Both the position numbers and the translations under genes were made by a program. From Euryarchaeota archaeon UBA23 (GTDB taxonomy: Archaea > Thermoplasmatota > Poseidoniia > Poseidoniales > Thalassarchaeaceae), in NCBI GenBank assembly GCA_002498725.1, contig DAIJ01000016.1, forward strand, positions 6,349 through 70,348: DNA of 64,000 bases, written 5' to 3'. How positions within the stretch are numbered: the first letter of the stretch is position 1; each line of letters begins with the position of its first letter. Below the pieces are notes generated by a model. The model was not told the DNA's origin. It made no database searches and was given only the letters and a program-made list of their open reading frames with translations. Of this stretch, positions 9,230 through 19,700 are shown in pieces.

Positions 9230-10546
9230 ATGAAGGTCATCAACGATGCAATTCACGGTCAATTTTCCTTAGAAGGAGTACGTGCAGAATTACTCGAAAC
9301 TCCTGAAATGAATAAACTAAGCCACATCAAGCAACTTGGTTTAGCTCATCTTGTATTTCCTGGTGCTCATCACACTAGATTTGAGCACTCATTAGGAGTT
9401 TCACATATAGGTGGGATGATGGCAGACTCGATAGGCCTTGATAAGCAAGAAAAGATTCTAGTTCAAGTCGCAGGAATGTTACATGATGTTGGACATGGCC
9501 CATATTCTCACACACTTGAACATATTCTACATGAGCGAGGAGGTTTGGATCACATGTCTATCACGGAGGGTATTATTCTTGGCGAATATGATGTTCTAAG
9601 AGAGGGAGAAGATACTAGTATTCAAAGTCGTAAATTGATTCCAGATATTCTTGAGAAAAATGACATTAATCCAGAAGAAGTAGCGGCTTTGATCAGAGGT
9701 CCAGATGCTAGAGGTAGTGAAAGAACTCTACTTTCATGGGTTGATGGAAAAGAGGATTTGGTGTCCGAAGATCGTACATTAGGAAATCTTGTGCATGGTC
9801 CTGTTGATTGTGATCAATTGGATTATTTACTTAGAGATTCACATTTTACTGGTGTTAAGCACGGAATAGTAGATCATAGGCGCTTGATATCTTGCTTACG
9901 CCGCCATGGTGGAGATGTTGCTGTTGAAGAAGGTGGGTTAGCGGCACTAGAAGGTATGCTTATGGCTAGAGGATTAATGTATAGTGCAGTATATTTCCAT
10001 AGAGTAACTCGTGTTACTGAGGTCATGCTTTCGCGTGCAGTAGAAAGAAGTGCGAGTAATTTACCTAGCCCTGCTGATATGCAGAGAAGAGTCGATGCTG
10101 AAATCTGGCAAGCACTGTATCAAGCAGGCGAATATTCTAGAGACATTATGAGGAGACTAAAATATCGTCAGATGTTCAAAGTTGCATCAAGTCGTCGTCA
10201 AGAAGAATTATCTAATGAACAAGTAAGTAGACTGGTGGAAATAGCCCAGAGTTCGGAAAAAAGACGTGAAATTGAGGATGATATCGCGCATCGTGCAGGT
10301 CTTCCTGAAGGCTATGTGGCTGTCGATGTTCCAAGTGTTAAGCTTCTCCTTTCAGAGCCCCGTATGGCTTCAGTCGACATTCGAATTGTTGGAGATGATG
10401 GAAGAACAAGATGGTTTAGAGAACACACCCCAATTGCTGAAGCACTTCGTAAAAGACAAGTAAGTCAAGCTGCTGTTTATGTAATGACTATCCCAGGATA
10501 TGAGAAAACAGTAGCAAAACTTAGTGATCATTATTTATTCTCATAG
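9230..10546 (+). CDS. HD-domain phosphohydrolase (SAMHD1/dNTPase-like)
   Basis: IKQLG, HTRFEHSLG, HDVGHGPYSH, DQLDYLLRD, MYSAVYFH motifs. AAGGAGG SD. Confidence 0.9.
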   Translation: MKVINDAIHGQFSLEGVRAELLETPEMNKLSHIKQLGLAHLVFPGAHHTRFEHSLGVSHIGGMMADSIGLDKQEKILVQVAGMLHDVGHGPYSHTLEHILHERGGLDHMSITEGIILGEYDVLREGEDTSIQSRKLIPDILEKNDINPEEVAALIRGPDARGSERTLLSWVDGKEDLVSEDRTLGNLVHGPVDCDQLDYLLRDSHFTGVKHGIVDHRRLISCLRRHGGDVAVEEGGLAALEGMLMARGLMYSAVYFHRVTRVTEVMLSRAVERSASNLPSPADMQRRVDAEIWQALYQAGEYSRDIMRRLKYRQMFKVASSRRQEELSNEQVSRLVEIAQSSEKRREIEDDIAHRAGLPEGYVAVDVPSVKLLLSEPRMASVDIRIVGDDGRTRWFREHTPIAEALRKRQVSQAAVYVMTIPGYEKTVAKLSDHYLFS

Positions 10547-10613
10547 TTATTTGAATTCTTGAATCCCGAATCAGTTGTTTACCTTAATGGGTCTATGGAT
10601 TAGTCATCTTTGA

Positions 10614-12053
<1,440 letters not shown>

Positions 12054-12116
12054 ATTTTTTTATGGACTAGGTAGGTTAAGTTCCATCAGACAAATATCCA
12101 TGATGGATTTCATTTC

Positions 12117-12887
12117 TTACGATTCTTTCTTAACATTTTCAATAATTTTGTCTTCATGCATAGAAGATAGGAATTTCTTCAACCTATCCGTTTTTGGTTC
12201 ATTGATGATTGAGGATGGTCCTTCTTCTGCAACTTTTCCATTATCTAAGTAAACTATTCTATCGGCTACATCTCTGGCAAAACTAATTTCATGAGTTACA
12301 ATAACCATTGTCATTCCTTCATCAGCTAATCCACGGATAGTTTGTAGTACTGAGCCTATTAACTCAGGATCAAGCGCACTAGTTGGTTCGTCGAATAGAA
12401 TAACTTCAGGCTTCATGGCTAAAGCTCTAGCTATTGCAACTCTCTGTTTTTGACCACCCGATAGATTTCCAGGATATGCATTAATTCTTTCTAGCATATC
12501 TACTCTTTCGAGAACTTCAATAGCTACTTTTTCTGCATCCGATTTACTCATTCCTCGTACATGTCGTAACCCTAAAGTTACATTATCCAATACCTTTAGA
12601 TGAGCAAATAACTCAAACGATTGAAAGACCATTCCTATTCTACTTCTTACATTGTTTACGTCTGCATTTGGAGTATTAATTTGTTTTCCTCTTAGTTCTA
12701 TAACCCCTTTAGTCGGCTCAATTAGTCGATTTATGCACCGTAATACTGTAGATTTACCAGAACCAGAGGAACCAATTATTGCTACAGATTCTCCTTCATG
12801 AACATCGAAAGAAATTCCCCTTACAGCATGAACGCCACCGGGATATATTTTTTCCAGATCTAAAATAGATAATACTACATCAGCCAT
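12117..12887 (-). CDS. Polar amino-acid ABC transporter ATP-binding protein (GlnQ-like)
   Basis: GSSGSGKST, LSGGQKQRVAIARALAM, FDEPTSALDPE, VTHEISFARDVADR. Confidence 0.95.
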   Translation of the reverse strand: MADVVLSILDLEKIYPGGVHAVRGISFDVHEGESVAIIGSSGSGKSTVLRCINRLIEPTKGVIELRGKQINTPNADVNNVRSRIGMVFQSFELFAHLKVLDNVTLGLRHVRGMSKSDAEKVAIEVLERVDMLERINAYPGNLSGGQKQRVAIARALAMKPEVILFDEPTSALDPELIGSVLQTIRGLADEGMTMVIVTHEISFARDVADRIVYLDNGKVAEEGPSSIINEPKTDRLKKFLSSMHEDKIIENVKKES

Positions 12888-12888
12888 T

Positions 12889-15009
12889 TTATGATCCTCC
12901 TGAAATTCCTAATCCCGGTATTCTTGTTTTCTCTTCTAATCTTCTTAGTAGTAATGCTAGTGTCCATGTAACTACAAAGTAAGAAATCATTACCATACCC
13001 CATGCCCAAAATACTTGGAACGTTACTGCAATGATTAGCCGTCCTTGTCTTGAAAGTTCTGCATATCCAATAACCATTGCAAGAGAAGAATTTAGAACAA
13101 GATTTACCATTTCATTTCCAATAGGAGGAATGCAAATTCTAATTGCCTGAGGCATAATTACTAATTTCATTGTTCCTAGATATGTTAAGCCAATACTTCT
13201 ACCTGCTTCCATTTGTCCAGAAGGTATGGCTGAGATTGCTCCCCTAATTGTTTCACATTGGTATGCTCCTGAGTTCAATCCAAGAGTGAAAATTGCACTT
13301 ATAAATGCACTTTCTCCCAATAAGAAATAGTCAACTCCATCATTACCAATTGGACCAATTATATTTTCATATACAGCCTGTGCTTCCATGCCAAGGCTTA
13401 ATCCAAAATGAATGAACATGAATTGAACGATTAGCGGCGTGTTTCGGAAGAAGTCAGTATAGACTGTGGCAATTGAATTCAATGGTCTAATTTTCCAAGG
13501 ATCAAATGTCAATGGCCCTAACTTAATTTTTGAGAATTTTCCATCACTGCTAATGAATAATATTCCTAGAAATGTAATAGTGATTCCAATTCCAAATAGA
13601 GCAAAACCATGAGGATCTCCCACTGGTGTAAAAATATATTCAATTCCATTAAGTTGAAGTTCAGAAAAGCCCCTGAATCCATTCCAAAACAGATATATTC
13701 CAGTTATCGATAATCCACCTCCAACTAGTCTGACAATAATACTTGGTTTTCCTTCAATTAGACTTTTTAAGGTAGCTGGGGCCGTTTTCAGCATTGCTAA
13801 CAGAACTCCTATTATGAATCCAAAAAGAATACCAAATCCAACAATTTTCACTGTAGCCTTAAATCCATCTAGAAGCATATCATCTGAATATTCAACAAAA
13901 TCCCCAAAATTATTGTAATCAGGAATTTCAAATCCAACCAAGTTATTTTTGCCAGACGTATCTGTCCATAATATTACCCCATTGTCACCAACTACAATCC
14001 CTTTCTGATAATCTATCATTGCATGATCATTGAATGATGAAAATACATCCTGTGGAATCAAATTTGTTTCTACAATATTCCCTCCGTCTAGAGATACAGA
14101 AAGATAATTATTAGAACCAGCAAAAAGAATGATTGAGGCTGAAACAACCTCAATTGAATTTATTGATCGCCCCAAACTGGTATCATATCCGTGAGATTCT
14201 ATTTCTACTAAATTCCAATTTATTGCCCCTTCAGTTGTTGAAGAAAGAATTTGCCCCTCGCTTGAAACTGCAAACATTCGAAAGGGATTGTAGAAGCCTA
14301 CTGAAACCAAATCTGAATTCCTAGTCTCTTCTGGAGATTCTCTAAAATCCCATGATTGCCCTCCATCTTCGGTGTACAAAATTGTTCCTTCTTCTCCAAC
14401 TATAATCCCTTTTTCATTATCGAGAAATGCGATATCTAGAAGTTTAGAATCTAAAGGATTAGACGCTTGATACCATTCTAAAACGTCGTCGTCTGTAGAA
14501 GAGGATGAACTTTTCCAAATGTTTCCATTGTCACCTATGACTATTATTCCTGATTTCCCTTCACTAATAATTGTAATATCTGTCAATTCATTTGTGGAAT
14601 CAATTTTTCCCAAATAAGTCCATGACCCATTTTCGGAAATCACAAAAACTCCTCCATCTGAAGAAAGAATGACAACATTTTCAGCATAAGAATCTGAGGC
14701 TATAATGTTTGAATCAGTTATTTTTTCGTGTAATTGCCAATTATTGCCTAGATCATTACTTGATAACATAGTTCCTTGGTTTCCAAATACCCAAATTGTT
14801 TTTGTATTGTCATGTTCAACAATTACTGCAGTATTGAGATTTTGTTCAGTACCTGATTCTCTAAATTCCCATCCCGATTCTATACTTTGACCTATGGCAG
14901 GAGCAACAGCCACCATTAGAAATATGCATACTAGTAAGCCAACCCGGGTCTTTTCATCAAGAGCAGACCATGAAAAAATCCGTTCGACACCGACGCGTCT
15001 GGCTGCCAT
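12889..15009 (-). CDS. Polar amino-acid ABC permease (HisM/GlnP family) fused to an N-terminal Ycf48/BNR-type beta-propeller
   Basis: C-terminal YTDFFRNTPLIVQ, AYQCETIRGAISAIPSGQMEAGRSIGL, PQAIR. N-terminal signal/TM, then repeats such as GNQGTMLSSNDLGNNW, GEEGTILYTEDGGQSW, VSLDGGN and VGDNGVILWT. Confidence 0.9.
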   Translation of the reverse strand: MAARRVGVERIFSWSALDEKTRVGLLVCIFLMVAVAPAIGQSIESGWEFRESGTEQNLNTAVIVEHDNTKTIWVFGNQGTMLSSNDLGNNWQLHEKITDSNIIASDSYAENVVILSSDGGVFVISENGSWTYLGKIDSTNELTDITIISEGKSGIIVIGDNGNIWKSSSSSTDDDVLEWYQASNPLDSKLLDIAFLDNEKGIIVGEEGTILYTEDGGQSWDFRESPEETRNSDLVSVGFYNPFRMFAVSSEGQILSSTTEGAINWNLVEIESHGYDTSLGRSINSIEVVSASIILFAGSNNYLSVSLDGGNIVETNLIPQDVFSSFNDHAMIDYQKGIVVGDNGVILWTDTSGKNNLVGFEIPDYNNFGDFVEYSDDMLLDGFKATVKIVGFGILFGFIIGVLLAMLKTAPATLKSLIEGKPSIIVRLVGGGLSITGIYLFWNGFRGFSELQLNGIEYIFTPVGDPHGFALFGIGITITFLGILFISSDGKFSKIKLGPLTFDPWKIRPLNSIATVYTDFFRNTPLIVQFMFIHFGLSLGMEAQAVYENIIGPIGNDGVDYFLLGESAFISAIFTLGLNSGAYQCETIRGAISAIPSGQMEAGRSIGLTYLGTMKLVIMPQAIRICIPPIGNEMVNLVLNSSLAMVIGYAELSRQGRLIIAVTFQVFWAWGMVMISYFVVTWTLALLLRRLEEKTRIPGLGISGGS

Positions 15010-15143
15010 AGGCGCCTCGTAGCGAATGAAGAATATAGAATCGACCCGATATGTATCAGTTGCCTAGGATGTTTTTTTTTCTGATTTTTATTGAGTTCCT
15101 CTATCAGAAATGTTCATCGGCGTCATAGCGAGGCCGACACCTC

Positions 15144-16055
15144 ATGGGCGAGATGATTTACCATGGCAAAGTGAAACAAGTTTGGAGTACGGACGATCCC
15201 GATATCATTGAATTTCGATATACTGATCAGATATCAGTTTTTGATCAAATAATACCTAGCCTTATTCCTAGGAAGGGGGAGTCTCTAAATCGAACTTCTT
15301 GTCATTGGTTTAAGTTAGTCAACGAGGCAGGAATTTGTGATACTCATATTATTGAGATGAATGCTCCGGATCGAGTACTAGCAAGAAGATTCGATGTTGT
15401 TCGCGAACCGGGTGCAATTTCAAGAGATCAAGAGAATGTTTTCGTACCCTTAGAGGTAATCTGTAGACATTATTTGGCAGGAAGTGGGTGGCGTAGATAT
15501 GCTAGAGGTGATGCACCTGCGGAAGAGTTTGGGTTTGCCCCAGGAACTGTGCTTGAACAAGGAGTAAAACTCCCTAAACCCTACCTTGAAGTTTCAACAA
15601 AATTCGAGAAATTCGATAGACTATTAGATAGAAAAGAGGCACTTGAGATTTCTAATTTAAGTGAGGATGAATTTGATTCCATACTTGACATTGTGGTTAA
15701 AGTAGATGAAATAATAGAGAGAGAAGCGTCTAAGAGAGGTTTGATCCATGTTGATGGTAAAAAGGAATTTGCCCTTGGTGAAGGTCGCAAACCTGTACTT
15801 GTAGATTCTTTTGGCACACTGGATGAAGATCGTTGGTGGGATTCTGAAGCCTATTCACAGGGTAAAATCGTGCAACTATCTAAGGAATCTGTTAGAGTTC
15901 ATTATCTTGATACTGGACATCATGATGAGCTATATGCAGCAAGAAATTCAGGTTCTGAAGAACCCCCTATTCCAGCACTACCCCAAGAGATCATTGATCA
16001 AACGGCTAATTTATACGCTGAAATGTTTGAGAGATTGACGGGTAATGAATTTTGA
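15144..16055 (+). CDS. purC: Phosphoribosylaminoimidazole-succinocarboxamide (SAICAR) synthase
   Basis: YHGKVK, YTDQISVFD..IP.KG, PLEVICRHYLAGS, HVDGKKEF, DSFGTLDEDRWW, LSKE.VR. Confidence 0.93.
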   Translation: MGEMIYHGKVKQVWSTDDPDIIEFRYTDQISVFDQIIPSLIPRKGESLNRTSCHWFKLVNEAGICDTHIIEMNAPDRVLARRFDVVREPGAISRDQENVFVPLEVICRHYLAGSGWRRYARGDAPAEEFGFAPGTVLEQGVKLPKPYLEVSTKFEKFDRLLDRKEALEISNLSEDEFDSILDIVVKVDEIIEREASKRGLIHVDGKKEFALGEGRKPVLVDSFGTLDEDRWWDSEAYSQGKIVQLSKESVRVHYLDTGHHDELYAARNSGSEEPPIPALPQEIIDQTANLYAEMFERLTGNEF

Positions 16056-16061
16056 TTTGGG

Positions 16062-16685
16062 TTAGGAATGCCTTCGCATCAATAATCCACACCTTCTCTT
16101 CTCGGCTCCTCTTAGGATAATGACAAGATGCCGAAAAGCGTCAGAAACTCCACCATCTATTGGTTCACTTGGATCAACCGTCCACTTTCCCTTTTGTATT
16201 ACTCTTCTAAGTGAAGTGACCTCTTTTTGATTAAGCCATCCACATAATTCGAGGCCACCTAATCCATTAGAATAACCACTTTCTCCAAGAAATTCTTCTT
16301 TTAATCCTGAATTTAATTTCGCTAATAATTCATGTAGATCTTGTCCTCTTTTGTCATTAGTATATTCATGAAGATAATCAATAGCATTTCCTCCTTCAAT
16401 AGGGAATCTACCAAGTCTCTCTCTAGATACTCCCTTGTCTAATGGTTCTGGAGGAGAATCATCTGAGTTCCATTCTAAACATGTTAAGAAAAGCATCATC
16501 GCAGGGTCAAAATCAGGCGCTTCTCCCTCTTTTAATTCTAGAATTGATTCTGGCATTCCTTCTAAATTTTTGAGATCAACATGATCTCCTGCCATCGATG
16601 CTTGAATCATAGGTATGGCTTCAATTGGGTCATATCTCAAAGGTTCAAAGGTATGAAATGGGCTTGGAGGTATGTATCTATTCAT
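16062..16685 (-). CDS. Hypothetical protein
   Basis: 207-aa ORF with a GGTGA SD, co-oriented directly downstream of the 1890-aa gene. No family recognised. Confidence 0.7.
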   Translation of the reverse strand: MNRYIPPSPFHTFEPLRYDPIEAIPMIQASMAGDHVDLKNLEGMPESILELKEGEAPDFDPAMMLFLTCLEWNSDDSPPEPLDKGVSRERLGRFPIEGGNAIDYLHEYTNDKRGQDLHELLAKLNSGLKEEFLGESGYSNGLGGLELCGWLNQKEVTSLRRVIQKGKWTVDPSEPIDGGVSDAFRHLVIILRGAEKRRCGLLMRRHS

Positions 16686-16705
16686 AGTATCACCAAAGAT
16701 GATAA

Positions 16706-19700
16706 TTATTCACCAGTTAGACGCTTTAATCTACTTTCGAAATCATCTGATTTAGAATCCTCGATATATTCTTCTTCTAATTTTTCATCAATTTCTTCTT
16801 CAGCAGAATTATCATTATTCTCAATGGTATTTTCTGTATTAATTACAGAGTGCTCAACAATTTCTTTAATCTTCTCTTTCTTCTGTTTAGAAATTCGTTC
16901 TTTGATCACAGAATCAGTCATTTCAATTAGTCTTCTCCGTTCACGTTGATTATTTATTATCCATCTAACTACAAAAGCTAAAGAAATAACCATTAAAGAA
17001 CTTAAGATTGTAGTAATCCATTCAAAACCATCAGCATTATCTACAGAACCTCCTGACAGAATAATTCGCACTTCATCATCACTTGGATCTGAATCTAAAT
17101 CCCAGGGGAATTCACAAGAAATTTCGGCAACTAATTCTGTACCATCTTCAATATTGTCTGGACGATCTATTTTCAGAGTAGGAGAGTATACAACCGTCAT
17201 ATCAATTGAATGTATGGAATTATATGGGTTTGCTGCTATCGCGATATTGCAATCTGCATAATCCAGAAGATGTTCATTTTGTCTCTTTGTAAGTATCTTT
17301 AATTTCTGATCATCACCTTGTCCCTCAAATTCAATACCAACTAATCCAACATTCCATTCAGAATTTCTTATCTCAAATGATTTCTCATTATTAGTCATTA
17401 AAACCCCTCTTACATCAATCATTCTCAAACTTAGTTTTCGCAATCCTGGATCTGGGTTCCAAAGTTCTGCAGAAAGGTTTACTGAAGTTAAACTTTGATT
17501 AATCCCAACAATTCCTTCTTTACTGTCGATCATACGGCCTTGATCGTCAATCAACATAATTGTATAATGGAATGTTTCGGTGCCGTTACCAATTGAGCAT
17601 TCAGCATTTACATCGCCAAAAATTCCAGAAAGCGAACAATATGCTGATCTTGAGGATGGTTGATTAATATTCGCAGAATATGGTAAAACACTCAATGAGT
17701 CTACCGTTAACTGGCTCCCAACTTGATTTTCTATTGCATTCCAAGCCCATGCGCCTTCTATATCCCATTCTAATAATCCTTGAGAATCATCAAGAACATT
17801 TGATGAGGGGCTAGTTCCGTACAACTGGATCATCGCGCTATCTCCCTCCATTGCTATTATCACGGGTGAAGTTGCCCAAGAATGATCTTCTTTCTGGGTG
17901 TCAATTGCAATTTCTCTTTGGTTCCCTTCTGGGTCTTGGGCCAAGATTCTAATTGTTTTTACACTTCCATCCCAATCAGAAGAAGGGATCAAATCTATTG
18001 GAACTCCTCTTATTTCATTCACTCCTAGAACTACTTCGGTAATTCCAGAGATATTCCATCCAATAGGTAAACTTAGAACTTCTAGAGAAATTGTAGTTGG
18101 AGCATTACCATTGTTTTGTAATTCAGCAAGAGGGAAGCCTCCATTTTCAGACACAATCCAAGCACCATTACTTGAGAGGGTAAAATCATGTATAACTGCA
18201 ACTCTTAGAGGTAATGTTATTGTAGAATCCGTACTACCATCTCCTTCTCTTAATCTTACATGTAATTCAACTGTTTTACCATGTCTTGCAGTAAAGGGGG
18301 GTGTAATGTCTAATTCAAGAGGAGCAGACTCTCCAGGGTCTAATGTTGGCATACTTTCTGGCGCCGTTATTTCCCAACCATTTTCTCCAGTAACATAAAC
18401 TGAAACAAATGGTTCAGAAGGTGAATTTCCAAGTTGAATAACACTCAAAGAAACAGTAGATCCAGCAGGGTCAATTTCTAGATTTGTATCAACGGCAATT
18501 GCATTCCATCCGGTCACATGTGCAACTTCTAAAGTGAATGACAGTGAGTACACTTCTTCATCAAATGATATTCCGATCATGTAAATGCTAAATCTTGTTC
18601 CATTCCAAGAATTACTAGGCACCTCTATCGTCAAAGTAAGTATTCCTGTATCATTTACAGCTACATTATTTGTTGATGACCCTATAATTCTCCATCCATC
18701 ACTGGTATCTCCTTGAGTTTCGAAAACGGTTCCCGTGCCATTAATACTAAGATCATCTACTAGATTCCCTACATTCTTTGCACTGACTTCGACTGCAAAT
18801 GTATTTCCTGGTAGTACAGAAAATGTATCTCCCTCATTGACCAAAACATCATTTCGATTTGTATCTATTTCCCATCTGTGATCTTGTCTTGCTTCTAAAA
18901 TTAGATATATTGTTGAAAAAACATTTGCATCACCTTGTGAATTCATAGTAATACTAATGTTTACAGGTGTTCTTGCAGGTGTTGATTCTGGAAGAATCAC
19001 TTGTAGAGGAAGAGTTCTAAGACTACCTGCTCCTAATTGTATAATTTCGCTTGAAAATGTAACCTCTACTCCAGGGTCTTCACTTAGATTAGAATCTAGT
19101 ATGACTTCATATGACATAGAATATGAATCATCTCCATTTCCAGGATTATATAATCGCACTGTGGCAGGAATTGCTGTTTCAACATCAGCGAGATTTGTAT
19201 CTTCATTGGGTGAAATCAATACTAAAGTTGCTCTATATATTTGTAACACCTCAACTGATAGTCGTATTGTATGTTCAATTCCAACATTGCTTTGATCAAT
19301 AAATGAGTGATAAGCAGGTGGTGCATCTACTGGTAACACCAATGTCAAGGTTCCAGTTAATCTAGAACCCGGCGCTCCTGTCATAATTAGAGTATCAGAA
19401 TTTAGAGATAAGGCACCCGATGAGGTCCACGCCCAATCTTCAATATCCATTCCTGCTTCAGACAGCGACCATTCTAATGTTGCCGAATCATTAGGCATGT
19501 CTGCCTTTACATTCCAAGTAAGAGTATTTTCGGGCATACTTCTTTGATGATCTGACTCTGTGACGACCCCACTCGCAACAAAATTAAGTTGAACATTTTG
19601 GCAAGTCTCATCTTCACCAAAACCTACACACATCGATAGTGGTGTAGTGACTTCATCTCCAAGATTAGCACCACTAGGCACTCCAAGTCTAGCAGTTATA

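Noticed and set aside
13950-14880. Photosystem II assembly function for the Ycf48-like domain
   Set aside because: The similarity reflects the generic BNR propeller fold. No photosynthesis genes are present and the host is an archaeon.
15070-15090. Poly-T tract as a phase-variation switch
   Set aside because: It is intergenic between divergent genes. T-runs are common in this AT-rich genome and nothing else supports slippage control.
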